Shown: positions 25,255 through 40,484 of the stretch, in pieces
Layout: each line of letters begins with the position of its first letter
Numbering within the stretch: the first letter of the stretch is position 1
DNA from: Octopus sinensis
Lineage: Eukaryota
Reading direction: 5' to 3'
Assembly (NCBI RefSeq): GCF_006345805.1
Contig: NC_042997.1
Span: forward strand, 155,868,001 to 155,932,000
Length of the DNA stretch: 64,000 nt
Notes under the pieces: model-generated
What the model was told of the DNA's origin: nothing
The model's database searches: none
The model's input: only the letters and a program-made list of their open reading frames with translations
Translations under genes and position numbers: made by a program

Positions 25255-25892
25255 ACACATTTGAGATTGTTTATTTTTGTTTGATTTCTCACAAGGCCCA
25301 TACAGAAATGCAACTCAAAATGAAGTGCAGAATTAGCAGTTTGTAAAGAACTTATCTTAAATGCTGATTCTACACAACTGCAACAACTATTTATAAAAAA
25401 AAAAATGTTCAAAGAATATCAAAAGCAATGTTCAGAATTGAAGTTTATGTAATCCCACACAGTATTTTTATAAAGTTAATTATTTCAAAAAGAAAATGTT
25501 ATCATATCAACAAGATGTAAATCAGAACCAGGCTAGTCAATTTCCTAATGTTTTTATTATGAAGAGAACTGCTAATGAATGAAAATACACACACAAACAC
25601 ACAAACTGAATTAATTTAGTACTGAGATATCTAGTTTTCAGACTATTAAAACCAAATTGACTGAAGTTATGACAGCAATTTTTCTTATCACTATCAGCAT
25701 TTTGACAGGCTGTAGTTAGCTCTTTAACATCACAAGGTCCGGTCCTTGTAGCAGTGTAATTGCTAGCTTGTGTGTCTCAATGAGCGATAAAACTATGCCA
25801 GCAAAGCATAAGCTCCTGGTAGGACCTTCTATGTTGGACAGGCCAGAGACCAGACTAATATGGACCACCTTCTCCCAGAAGTAAAAATCAGT

Positions 25893-26745
25893 CCACAGAC
25901 ATGGACCACTTTTCTACACCAAATTTGAAACAATTATTTCATGAGTAAAACTTAACCTTACTAACACATTATTTTGCTGTTTTTACATCCATCACCCCGT
26001 TTTGGCTACCCCCACCTAGAAAAAAAGTTACAGAAGTATTGATATCAATTCAGAACCAACAAGAACAGGGAGAAGTGAAAGTTCTCTTAGGGAAACATAT
26101 GATGTGGAAGAATGGAATAAACAGGGGTCCAACTAGAGAGAAGCAGAAAAAACAGCCCAGAGTTGAGAACAATGGAGAACAGTCATTGATATGACAGTGA
26201 AGGGCTTAAGCAGTATTAAGTAGTTTAGCCCAAGGTCAGCTCTGACTGAGTGGACCTATGATTAAAGGCACTCTAGTTATGGTTATGCTGTCTTTTTGTA
26301 TTTCTATGACTATAGTGCTTGTCAATTTTATAACTCAAGACAGTGGGGGTCTAATCTGAAAACCTAGTTATTACTTCTAGGAAGCTGGTTGACCATACAT
26401 ATATAGGAGTCTATATTGGCTTGTATTGTGTTGAGTGTTTGCATGTTGTTATGGCTTGAATCAATAAATAATTGTGCAGTTTTCCATGAAGACTCAACCT
26501 TGAAACAAATCTAAAATATATTTTTACAACATTACATGGCATAAATCAGTGCCTAAACATTTTGGGGCCGCTGTTTCCTTGGCACCCAGGCCACTTTCCT
26601 ACTGTTACTCCTCCTTTCACCACCACAAACATGGACCACTTTTCTGCACCAAATTTGAAACAATTATTTCATGAGTAAAACTTAACCTTACTAACACATT
26701 ATTTTGCTGTTTTTACATCCATCACCCCGTTTAGACTACCCCCAC
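25893..26745. repeat. 123-bp direct repeats (25893-26015, 26623-26745) flanking 607 bp
   Basis: 4 mismatches counted, no indels, constant 730-bp offset. Confidence 0.97.
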
Positions 26746-28319
26746 TTTTCTTCAGCACCATAACTTGAAACTGTCAGTTTTGTGCTGTCACTCAGCATTT
26801 AGCAACCATGCCTTGCAGTTATTCAGTCACTGAGAAACCAATAATTTCACAAGCCATATTTCTGTGTTTAGAGATAAAATATTGTCTTTTCAGTCTTAGG
26901 TGAGCAGCTCATACTCAGTGCAACCTAAATACATTTCTACTAAAATTAGAAAATGTCATGGATGTTTTATCCAAAAGATCAAAGAGATTATCTTGTACAT
27001 GATGTCAATTTAATTTTATGATTTTAAGATGGACCTGGTGGAAAAGTTGAGAGGTCTGAGTGTAAGAAAGTAGTCAGAAAATGCAGAGATACTTTAGCTA
27101 CATTTTTCACAGTAAGCAACAGGAGTAGAAGAACCTGAATACGGGGTGGGTGGGGGTGGGTGGGTAACAATTGTGGTTTAGGTGGCAGAAGTAGACTCTT
27201 ACAGATAGTGGTTGCTGGAATAGGTGACAGAATTAAAGTGGAGATTCAAAGGTCAGGCAATTTGGAACAATCAATGGGATCTTTGTTTATTCCCACCAGT
27301 AAAATTAAAAGACAATATGAAGAAGCAGTTCTAAGGAGGCTTATTTGTAAACTACAAAAAAAAAAAAAATAATATTCTAACTGTCAATTCCCATGGTAAA
27401 GTTGATAAATGCTAAGGCAGAGTGAGGGACACAGAAGCTATAGCTACGGTACAAGAAGTGAAGAAGGTTTGAAGACCCGGGGGGGGGGGGGAACCTACCA
27501 GACAACTGGTCACCTATATTCAAGTGAGAAGTGTCAAATGCAGGAATAACAATGAACAATAGCAGGAAGTTGAGCAATAGAATTTAACTAGTCAAGAGGG
27601 AAGATATGAGTAGGTCCCTTAATGTTTTGCGTTGGCAAATGGGAGACATGAAGTAGTCTGAATTACAGTACTATAATGACACTAGGATGTCACTGAGGAA
27701 AAGAGAATATGAACACTTCCAGACACGCTCTCATTGTCAGGGAAATGAGATATGTAATGAATAATGTGAGAGGTTGTTGAATAAGAAATATGAATGTGAT
27801 TTGAATTTCATATCATGCAAACAAGATCTCCAGAGTCTCGTGAATATACAATTAGCCAATGCTGTGTGTAACCTGAACCTAAGAATTATATTGGGGATAA
27901 TCATTTCATCTTTTGGTTACAATGATTGGAAATGAATTCCGATTAATGTAAAACATGTAAAAGTGTTACATCAAAGCAGTGTTACTAACACTGATATGGC
28001 AACAGTGTAGTATGCTTACAATTATCAAAAGTTCTATGTATTGGGTTGCTTGCTGGATTGATCTTAGACGTTGTAAACAATATTAAAATAATTTTAACAT
28101 GAAAATGACTGACATTAAGCTGAAGGATTTAAAAATATGGCAAAATATGTTTGGTTGTCATTCCCTCTACAACTTTGTTTGAAGTACATATCTGTTAAAA
28201 TAATTAAGTCTGTCACTGTTGCTATGTCTGCAAACAGACAGCAAATAACATTGACAATCAAGGACAAAGAATACACATACTCTGCAGCAGAGGTGTTAAG
28301 ACCGGTTCCTCTGATGATG

Positions 28320-28590
28320 AAAAGCACTCATGGTAGTGCCATGTAAAAGCGCTTGTGTGGTTCCACATAAAAGTGCCTGTGTGGTGCTATGTAAAATTGC
28401 CTGTGCAGTGCCATGTAAAAGCACCCAGGACACTCTGTAAAGTGGTTAGTGTTAGGAAGGGCATCCAGCTGTAGAAATCATGCCAAACCAAAGTCTGGTG
28501 TAGCCCCCACTCCCACTTGCCAGCTCTGGTCAAACCGTCCAACCCATGCCAGCATGGACAACAGATGTGAAATGATGATGATGAAGCATG
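28320..28590 (+). mobile_element. RTE 3' UTR fragment with about five ~21-bp tandem units
   Basis: Repeated gtgccatgtaaaagc-like units, then aaagtggttagtgttaggaagggcatccagctg...atgatgatgatg. Confidence 0.85.
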
Positions 28591-30834
28591 ATGAAAAGTC
28601 AAAGGCTGCGCAGAAATACAACATAGTAAAACTCATAGAATTCTGTAATGTTTTTTTTTTTAAAGTAATAATATTCAGAATGGTATTTTTTTGTTTATGA
28701 TCAGATCAGTAATCTGAACAAAATCCACCTTGTCTGGATAATTGCAGTTTAACATGTAGAAGCATCACAATAAAATGTATCCAAAACACACTGCAAAGTA
28801 CTTGGATGGTGATGAATAAAACAACACAGTATAGAAAGGATTTCTTAGTTTTGCTAGGACAAGAAACCTATCTTGCATTGGTGCAATGATAACATGCACC
28901 CAGTAATTCTGTGTAGTGGGTGACAATGAATAAAGATAATGCAGAGAAGAGCAGGCTCTTTGGCCTTGCTGCAAACAAGACAGCTTTTCTTGTGCAGGAA
29001 ATGGTAAAGTTTAGTCTCATACATTTGGGCCACACAGACAAAATGAAAAGATTGAGGAATGGCAATATACCATGCCAAACACTCTTCCAACACCAGAATG
29101 GGAAAATAGTTTTTCAAATGATGATGATATGAATAAGATTGAAAACATTAAGCTGAAGTTGAAGTTCTTTCAAGACTTAAGTGGGGAAAAATGACTTCAA
29201 AATAACATTTTCGATTTACAATTTGTATTTTTAGTTATCATCACATTTAGTTCATTGCAGTTTAACAAACTACACAACCTATGAGAGTTCATTTATTTCC
29301 TAATATAGCAAGAAAATTCCAGCGTCTTTGTATGATGCTATTTTCCCTCTGTAACTTAATATAGTAAAATAACTACAGGTGTTTGCTCTTTCAAACAAGA
29401 TATAACTTCATGTGTAACCCACATGGTGTAAAATACTGAATCAATTTTTCCAGCATATGATTAGCATTCCTCCACATTGTTGTAGACTTTTACCTTTGGC
29501 CATACAGAGACACTAGCTTGAAAGGTTTTAGTCAAACAAATTGACTCCAGTACTTGTAAGTGTTATTCTATCAGTCTCTTCTGCTGAAGTGCTAAGTCAT
29601 GAGGACACAAACAAACCAACACTAGTTGTCAAAAGGTGGTCGGGACAAACATAGAGACACACTTGATTTAATTTCCTCTTCATAAAAATTCAATTTAAAA
29701 GAGAAGTCTATGATTTGTACTTATTTTAACATGCTATCTTGAAAGTGACAGTCTTTTTATTACATGACTTAGTCAGAAGAAGAAGGGCAGCAATCTTGAC
29801 AGTTTTTCTCTCATCCTCTGAAACTTGTGGGAAGAAGGGAGAAATTTATTCTCAGACCAGAGTCTTAGCCTGAACATTTGCAACAGAGTGAACTACTACT
29901 AAAAACACCTAAGAGACAGGATATGGTATAAATCGTTATGAGAAATTAAGTCTACCACCCCAAAACAGGAACAACCATTTCAAAGTCTACCAAACTTCAT
30001 CTACAATACTTTGATCATACTCAGGTTATGATAGAAAACACTTGTCCAGTATGACATGCAGTAAGACTGAACCTGGAAGCATGTAATTGCCAAGTGGGCA
30101 TCATAGCCATTGCAGTTACACATGTGGCCTTAGTTTGAAAGCTAATTTCCATTCAAACAGGAATAAAAAAAAAAAAAAACATTTACTCTAATAAATAAAA
30201 AAAAAAACAAGCAAACAAAACCTGGAATCTGAAACAGTTCAGCTCCAAAAAAACCAGAATTCATCTCTCGCAATGATGCACACATATTTTATAAACTACA
30301 CAGTAATTAAATTAAAAACTAATCAAATGATAAAGTTCAACAAAAACAGATTAAATTTGAGCAAATGGCTCAATGGCAGAACATGACAATCTGTTTAGCA
30401 ACTTAAATTCTTCATTTTATTATAATAAGTTCAGTCATTCCTCCTCCTAAATTTAAATAAAATAAGCTCTTAATTCATACTGACAAATCTGATTAGAGAT
30501 TGAGTTCTAATCTGAAAGAGAATGAACCAATATAACAATTGAGTCTAAAATTAATGATTTAGTAATTAATTCTCTCATTTGTAGCAATGTATTAAAATAT
30601 TTTTACACTTTACTCAATAAGTTTGAATATTCTTTATGGTTTAGTTTCCAAAGAATACCAAAAATCATAAATGCTCAAACAGAGGATTCTATTCAGATAA
30701 ATTGGAGATATTCTACAGAAATGAAGCCAAACAATCCCTTATCAGAAAGCAGCAACTGCAAAGAAGTCTTCAGAATAAAACATGATTTAAAAAATAAATA
30801 ACTGACAAATCATATTATCTTCAGGGTGATGGAT

Positions 30835-31200
30835 TGGTAAAATCATTAGTGCATTGCAATATTTGTTTCAGCTCTTATATTTTGAGCTCAAATCCCGCCA
30901 AGGTCAACTTTACCTTTCATCCCTTCATAGTCAACAACATAGAGTACCAGGGAAGTACTGGAGTCAATGGTTGTCAAGTGATGTTGGGGGGACAAATACA
31001 GACACACAAACACATGCGCACACACACACACACATACATATATATAATGAGCTTCTTTCAGTTTCCGTCTACGAAATCTACTCACAGGGCTTTGGTCAGC
31101 CCAAAGCTATATACACTTTCCCAAGGTGTCAAGCAGTGGGACTGAACCCGGAACCATGTGGATTATAAGCAAGCTACTTACCACACAGCCACTCCTATGT
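30835..31200. mobile_element. Meta-like SINE (+) abutting SINE A (-)
   Basis: ctttcatcccttcatagtcaac...agtacc up to ~30965, then tail A remnant, (CA)n and head on the minus strand to 31200. Confidence 0.75.
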
Positions 31201-32143
31201 TTAAAAACTCCTGCGCCTACATATATATATATATTTATTAATTTTTGCATAGTCAATATGTTTATTGACATCTTTCATTGACACTTGTACAATGTTCACT
31301 TTAACTGTACTAATGAACAGAAGAATTCATTGTTCATATTAGATGAATTTTTGTTGTTAATCCATAACAAGTCTGAATACTATACAGGAAAGTAAAAAAT
31401 AAGTCATATATATGAACTGCATAAAGAAAAATTTTTCTTTTTCAGCTCAATAAATTTCTGTTTTACAGCTACTGGCTTAACTAAATTAAACATAGTAATT
31501 AAAGTGAGGAAAAAAAGTTAGACATTACTTATTTGTTTTTAGTAAATCAAATTGACATAGCAGACAACATATCACAAAGGACAGTTTTATTGCCTTTTGG
31601 CAACATGCAAATACCAAGTTGTACAGAAGTAGGGATAGTGTTACTTAGCTTATCAACATGGGCTAGATGAAAAGCTAAGCTGGCCAAGGCAGCTATTTAG
31701 CACAGAAGTACAAGTTTCACCAGATCAGATAGTATATAATGTTATAGTTTAGTACATCAAGGTCCTGAGTTTAAAGAGTGTCAAACTCAATATAATATCA
31801 TTTTTGAGATCAATAAAGCAAGTGACAATAACCCAGCTTTTTGGATTATAGCCAATAAAAGAGCAAGCTTTAGATGTTTCCAAAATTAAGACTTCAGAAT
31901 ATAAACCAACTACTTTTTATACAAGCTAAAAATCAATTTGTTATCTTTTCAGTTGAGAAATTTCAGAAAAAAGAAAGTTATGTGATCTGAAACATAAATG
32001 GACAAAACTGTGTGTCAATGGTTTTTTTTTTTCCAAATGACGACAGCATATTGTCAAAGAATACATTGGAAATAAACTTTAAAAAAATTCTTGATTTAGT
32101 TGTAAGAAGTTAATACAGACATATATTATTGATGGACAGAAAG

Positions 32144-32189
<46 letters not shown>

Positions 32190-32421
32190 GGAGTTTAACG
32201 CAGGTATAACTCAAATACGTTTACTTCTGACACATGTCGGAAGTAAAAGCAAGGAATTACGTCTTTACTTGTGTTATTTTTTGCTACCCTGGTAACTATT
32301 TATCTATTTTTTCTGTGTTAATTGTTAACAAGGGAAAAATACACTCATCTATATAAATATATATATATATATAAGTATTAATAATTGGACCTTGTATTAC
32401 TCTGTAACTTCTGCTGATTAT

Positions 32422-32460
<39 letters not shown>

Positions 32461-33521
32461 TCGTTTTAAGTTCTAGTCCCTTATTTACATCATCAAACTT
32501 TATATAACTACAGATAAAACAACTACAGTTGTTTGTGGGTAAGTAGACGGATGCATAAAAATGTTCTGGAGTTACTGATGTTTACCTTAGTAGAACTTGT
32601 AGTTGGCTTTAGAGTTTCTGTAGTAGAATATTAGGTAGTTCTTACGAGATTAAAGAATAAATTATTTATAAGCCTTGGCAAGGAGGGAAAAAAAGTAACT
32701 TCAAAATATATTTAGGTAAAGTATGTTGAAACGCTTCCAAATCAGATAATATTGATGATCTATATTGATAATGTATCTAACAGTATAAAGTTCAAAATGT
32801 ATATTATGAACCTATTTAAAAACTGTTTGATAATCAATTCTAACTATTGGAATAATGAAAGAGGTTAGAAAGGGGTGGGGGAGCCTTTCCAGGAAGGTTC
32901 TTCATGAATTAACAAAGTAAGCAAAAACATAAATAACTAAACTAAAATGAAAAATCTATTAGTACAGATGCCTCTGTAAACTGCAAACAAAATTCAAAAG
33001 AATACAGCAAGTTATAGGTTGCAGCTTTGCACACTCAGCAATAAAAAGATGCAACAATGTCAAACAATTAACAAAATGAAGCTGAAAATATGCTTTTTTT
33101 TTTTTACATTCCATATGAGAGCAGCTAAGAAGTAACTATAAAGTTGAATAGCTACAATTAGGATTCATCCTAGCAAGTGTGATTTTGATAATGTTATTAC
33201 TGGTCTTACAGCAAACACATAGAAAAGAAAAAAAAAATTGCAAGCAATTTCAGTGAATGGTGTTCATATTTTGTTTCCTTTTTATAAAGTTGTAATATGA
33301 AAATTCAACACTGTCTTCATTATTGTGACAGTGACTCACTTTAAGTGTTTCCAAATGAGATAAACTATTGACTAACCAGCATGCAGAAGCAGTCAATCTT
33401 AAGTAGTAAAATAACACTTTGAAATTCTGCTTTCAACCAAAATGCTAAATATAAAAGTAAAATAATTTCTAAATCATCATCCTTTATGATAAAATGGGTC
33501 AAACAAATCTTGAAATATTTT

Positions 33522-33566
33522 TTAATCCTTGGCTTTAACAGAGGCTCTCTGCAACAACCACTTATT
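33522..33566 (-). CDS. Candidate terminal exon NKWLLQRASVKAKD*
   Basis: Acceptor atatgtttcag|; a second frame stays open longer (ISGCCREPLL...); no homology recognised. Confidence 0.2.
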   Translation of the reverse strand, partial: NKWLLQRASVKAKD

Positions 33567-35396
33567 CTGAAACATATACATATGTAGTAATATATACTAA
33601 ACAAAAGTTGAGATATGGGCACAAAGAGGAACAAAAGGAAAAAAAATACTTCAAAATATTTTGGAAATTATCATCTATTAGATATCATTCATGATGTAGG
33701 AAGTGAAAATCTTATATTCTGTGGAGTGTTCTTTTTTCCATTTTTACACTATGCCATTGCTGTTAGTATCACATTGATAAGAGATACTGGAAACTATTAT
33801 GTTAACACATATTTTTCACTCCTCATAACTTGATATTTTACTCTCCTGTTGCATCTTCTCTCATTCCAATAGAATAAAGCAGTGAAAGAAGAAAACCTTC
33901 CCATGGAAATATGATTATATAACTGCAGAAACAAGTGTAATTATTCCTTCATCATTATTCTTTGCTTCGCCACAACCATCTTTCATTGTTTTCACACACC
34001 AAACAATATTGCTATTTCTTTCTTATTTTTCTTTTTATCTAACAGAACTTTTCTGATGGTAATATAAAATAAAAGAAGTTAATGTGATGAAGGAAAAAAA
34101 AAAAATCAGCTTGTAACAGAAAAGGAATTCCATTTGATGGTGAGGTGGGGTGAAATGTCAGATGATTTGATAAATATAGCAATTGTAGATATGCAAAAAT
34201 ATTAACATTTGAAATAATGGCTAAAGGTAGAGAGTACTTTACAAAGTGAACATCTACAAGAGGTAATAATATGGTAGAAACAGAAAAAAAAAAAAAATAA
34301 AAGCTAGATTGAAGTACTGATTAATAGGTTTTAATAGTCATTTGGAAAATTACTTTAAGATATAAAGAAAAAAAAAATATTGATATTTTATGAAGTCACA
34401 TAGCTTAAGTTAAGAGGAAGAGTATAAGTCAATTATATTGACTCCAGTAATTTACTGGTATTTATTTTATACCCCCATCCCCATCAGGAAAGATAAAGGG
34501 TAGTTTGAAAATTATTGTGGGATTAAATCTTTTTTATTTCCATTATTGAAATGCTAACGATTATTTCATGGCAAAAAATATGAATTTGATGCATGGAACA
34601 TTCAGATAATATATATATATATATATAATATTTGTTTAGTATATCTTCTGGTTGCTTCTATCATTTGCCATCATCACAATCATTTAGATGATTATTAAAA
34701 CTACTGAAAACAATGTTTAGTTAGCTAGAGGAGAATAATAATTATTGTTTTTAGCATAAGAAATATTTTTTCTATTTCCTAAGTCTCTTAACAATCATTT
34801 GGGATTTTATGACTAAAAAAAAAAACCTAACATAAATAAAATAATCAATAGCTATTATTCAAAGGAACGCTATTTTGGAATATAAACATTTCACTATTAA
34901 ATATACAACAATATATATTTTATTAAATTATTTCTGGCAAATCAAATCTGGAACTTGGTTTCAATTCCATGCCGGAACCATTCTACTTACATCATAAATA
35001 ATATACTGTTGAGAAGAAGTCAATTTAAGTTCTCTTATATATCCAAAACTTTAGAAATTGGTAATTTATATATTTGTATGTATAGAATTCTTAGAATTCA
35101 TATTTCTCTTCTGTTAAAAATAAATGGTCTGAACCATGCTGAGATTTAAAAGCAAATTCATAAAGAAAAATAAGTAAATAAATACAGTTCGGAAATTCTA
35201 ACAAAACTACATAAAATGATTCAAAGAAAAGTGTTGCTTTAGAAATATAGTTTTTGAGGTTTCCAGCTTTGAAATAATTTACTATACCTTTCATATTAAT
35301 ATAAATATCTTTTGCAATATTGGTATTCCAACAGAGTTTCAACATATTGAATCATAATGCATAAAGATGCAAATAATGAATACAACACAAGTACAC

Positions 35397-35427
<31 letters not shown>

Positions 35428-35463
35428 GAAAATGAATACACACACATATATATGAAAATGAAT

Positions 35464-35511
<48 letters not shown>

Positions 35512-35804
35512 TTCCTGTTATTATCCTGTTTTTCACAATGACTGCTAAAATATTCTAGTTTCGAAAGGTCTTAATTGCCATTAGTAAGTTGGCTGGTTGC
35601 GATGAAGAATGCTATTATATTGTCTATATATACACACACATGCACTTTTATACACACACACATATATATATATATCAATTTTTTCCCACCTTGATTGTTG
35701 ATGTTGAACTTAAAAATGGTCTATGACTATTTAATTTTTTCCCACTAGGCCGCTGGTGGCAAAAAAATTCTACAAAATTTTTTTTGCCACCCTATATTGA
35801 TTAA

Positions 35805-35837
<33 letters not shown>

Positions 35838-35904
35838 CACACACACATATATATATATATTTATATATATACACACACAAACACACATACACATACATTC
35901 ACAG

Positions 35905-36845
<941 letters not shown>

Positions 36846-38780
36846 ATAGATCATCATCATTGTTTTAAATCCACTTTTCCATGCTTACATACATAAAAAT
36901 ATGCATGTATGTATGTATATATAATCATTTTAGTATTTACTTTTTGATGCTTGCATACCTTTAAATATGTATACATCTATATTTATCTATGTATCTATTC
37001 ATCCTTGTTTCAACATTCACTTTTCCATGCATGTATGTATGAATTCATATACATTATATACTAATATGAAAGGCATGATGCTATGGTTTTTGTCAGAGAG
37101 AAAACCTCTTCATAGACATGCTGTGTTAAAAACAATATAGAGTGGAACTTTGGTTTATGAACAATTTTTTGAACATAATACATCTCGAGTGATGAACAAT
37201 GTCTTGAGTAACAAACATGTAAGCCAGTAAGAGTTGGTGACAAGCAGGGACTATCAGCAGGAGAGTGTCAATTATTGTTTAGCTTTCATTTAGTGCACAT
37301 CCCCACTTGAATTTGCTGTGCCTCCTCTTCAATTTCCCATGAGAAAAATAGTTTCAGCTTATGTGTATTTAGCGTGATGAACAGCCTTCAGGAACTGAGG
37401 TTTGTCTTGCAGTGAGCCATGAGAACACCCAATGTGTCTTGGTCTTTTTGGGACTTGAATAAAACTGTATTATTATTACTATATAATATATTATTCAGGG
37501 ACAGGTTTCATTTAGGCATGTGAGTATCAGGTAGATATCATTGGCAAGCTCTAAGGAGACCAAAAATTGCATCTGATATTCTTGTGGGATGGTATTCATT
37601 TCACTCTGATATATATTTTGCCATTATAAAACAGCATGTATATGGAAAGATTTTCTCTCAGACAAAAACTGCAGCATCATGCTTTTCAGTGTTGTATATT
37701 CATTCAATATGACATAGAACTAGCTATTTTAATATTGATTCAGTTGTAAATACTAAGTTTTATATATATATATATATATAAATAAATAAGATTTTCAATA
37801 AGCAACCATAGTAAACAGCACAAAAGAATGTCCTCAAAAAAACTCACTGTTACAAATGGAATTGGTATATTCAATTATTCTTTCCTTAAAATATGGATAG
37901 ACATTTATACCACAGCCATCATTTTGTTTAGGTCAAAATTTTCTGCAAGACCTACATATTATGTAGAAAGTAAAGAGTGCCTGGTTTGAGACCAGGTTGG
38001 ACCAATATTAATTATTAAAGCTGTGAAATTAAAATTCTGCAGAAGCTGTGGCCTTAAGCAACTTGATTATTATTTCACATATCTCAATCAAGCTAGCTGA
38101 AAAGATATCACAACTCTTTCTTCACAAAGTAATAGTTGGTATTAGAAAGGTAACTCAGCTGTAAAATTACTTGCTTCAACAATTCATAAGCTTCACAAAC
38201 ATTTGTTCAATCTATTACAGGAAATAGATGTCAGTATGTACGTATGATACCACATATTTATGCTTGCGCACACAAATTTTCAAAAGCATATTCAGATGTG
38301 TGTGTGTGCATGTGTAAGGCACATACACCGGCTGGCCCATCTAGCCAGTGGGATGGCATCGTTTGAAAGCTAAAACAGCACAAGGCGCATTGTGAACAGC
38401 AGTGTGTAACAACATCTGATAGCCTGGTCAATATGGTGACACACACACACACACACACAAACAATACTGATGTTTCAAGTTCAAGTAATTCAAATTTCAT
38501 TATTATCTGCATCTTTTCACACATTCAGCCTAAGGTGAAAAGGTGAGACCCGGATTAGGCTGTCAATTTTTGATATAATAAACAATCCACCTTATATAAT
38601 GTATTGAGTTCTATATCAGATGGTGTTTGCACTCATTTTCATCATCCTCATCCTCACATCCACTTTCTGCTTACATGGGTAAGACAGAATTCATTGAGGT
38701 ACATTTTCTATTACCTCAATGCCCCTCCAGTTGCCAATTCTCACTTCTTTCCAAGCAAGGTATTTTTATATATATGTATA

Positions 38781-38842
<62 letters not shown>

Positions 38843-38844
38843 AC

Positions 38845-39408
38845 TTCTGTCATATTCCAGGGAGAAAAACTACAAGTAGTTGACAGCTTCTGTTACCTAG
38901 GTGACCAAGTCAGTAGTGGGGGTGGATGCTCTGAAAGTGCAGCTGCTAGAATAAGAGTAACCTACCTCTGCTGGTGACCAAGGGACTCTTACTCAGAGTA
39001 AACGGTAGACTGTATGATGCGTGTGTACGAACAGCCATGCTACGTGGCAGTGAAACATGGGCGATGGCAGCTGAGCACATGCATAAGCTTGCAAGGAATG
39101 AAGCTAGTATGCTCTGCTGGATGTGTAATGTCAGTGTGCATACAAGACAGAGTGTAAGTGCCCTGAGAGAAAAGTTGGACCTAAGAAGCATCAGTTGTGA
39201 TGTGCAAGAGAGATTACTGTGCTGGTATGGACATGTGGTGCGAATGGATGAGGACAGCTGCATGAAAAAGTGTCACACCCTAGCAGTTGAGGGAATCTGT
39301 GGAAGAGGTAGACTCAGTAAGCGCTGGGATGAGGTAGTGAAGCACAACCTTCAAACATTGGGCCTCACCGAGGCAATGACTAGTGACTGAGACCTTTGGA
39401 AATACGCT
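38845..39408 (+). mobile_element. RTE-clade LINE RT C-terminal fragment
   Basis: GEKLQVVDSFCYLGDQVSSGGGCSESAAARIR, then GRLYDACVRTAMLRGSETW...WYGHVVRMDE...GRGR..KRWDEVV; small deletion or frameshift after ARIR. Confidence 0.93.
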
Positions 39409-40290
39409 AATATTAAGCTAATATCAATAAAATTTTAACTTTATACAATAAGACAATATTGTTTGAAATGATAAATTACTTGATTTATCTCTTTCTTAAA
39501 TGGCTCTACCCTCCTGATCTTAGTATTTATAAGGTCTTTTATATAAATAATCCTGCTAAATAAGTACCACTAAGAAACTATAAATAGCATGTAGGGAGTA
39601 ACAATAATAACTTCTTAAACCTATAATATAACCCTTTGTTTTTAAAAAAAGATTAGTGTAAAATACGAAAGTTCCATATCTTAAATATTGCTCTAGCTGA
39701 TACCAGACATCAGTCTTTTATTGATATTAGCTAAATAAGTAAATACATAATTTTTAGTCTAATATATTGTGAATTATTATACTTTTTCTATAAACCTTCT
39801 CTATTGGTGTTAACAAGCTACATATACTTTACCATAGTATTAGTAATTAAGCTATTTTATTCCTTTTCTATGGTGTTCTGCCCTACTTGATTATTTTATT
39901 TTATTTCTTTATTATTTTATAATTAATCTAATTTTTGTATCTCTATAAATTCCTCAATACTCCTTTATTAATACCAGTGTATACCAATTAATCAATATTC
40001 ACAAATACCACCTGATGAGTTAGTATTTAAGTGTACAATATGTATAAATATTAAACTATTTCTGGATAATTTCTTACTCAAAAGTATCCATAAATTTCTA
40101 TCCTTTCGTTATAATATTCTTCTTAATAATCCTCTGAATAACCCTAAACTTTAACTGTATACAATATAGCAACATTGTGTAAAATATTTAACTATAGCAC
40201 TACATAATAAGACTTCTCCTGTTTCATTATCAATGGTCTGCTAGTGGGCGACCCCTTAATTGTCAGCTAACATCTTGTCTTAAGTTTTCC
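39409..40290 (-). mobile_element. Very AT-rich, probably ancient non-LTR RT remnant (R4/Dong-like, uncertain)
   Basis: Ordered weak motifs RNYPEIV*YLYILYT (cf. NYRPI.CL..YK.YT) and YKY* (cf. YKYLG); stops in all frames. Confidence 0.3.
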
Positions 40291-40484
40291 TTTACCAAAC
40301 CTCATGATATTGCTTCTAATAAACCTTGATTTTTATGACTATATCAACTATGATGTCTGTCTGCTCCCTCATAAATTGATATATATATATATATACTTAC
40401 ACACACACACACATATATATATACATACATACACACACACACACATATATATATACATACATACACACACACACACACATATAT

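Noticed and set aside
28320-28430. CRISPR-like array (also 16200-16460)
   Set aside because: Degenerate tandem units without unique constant-length spacers, no cas genes, eukaryotic context.
28765-29132. Cluster of overlapping 65-87 aa ORFs
   Set aside because: No recognisable motif or consistent splice signals; probably an old repeat.
38974-39390. 138-aa ORF as a host gene
   Set aside because: It is the RTE reverse-transcriptase C-terminal region.
39409-40290. Possible mitochondrial insertion (NUMT)
   Set aside because: Very AT-rich, but I recognised no mitochondrial protein, rRNA or tRNA motif; faint RT motifs fit slightly better. Not excluded without BLAST.
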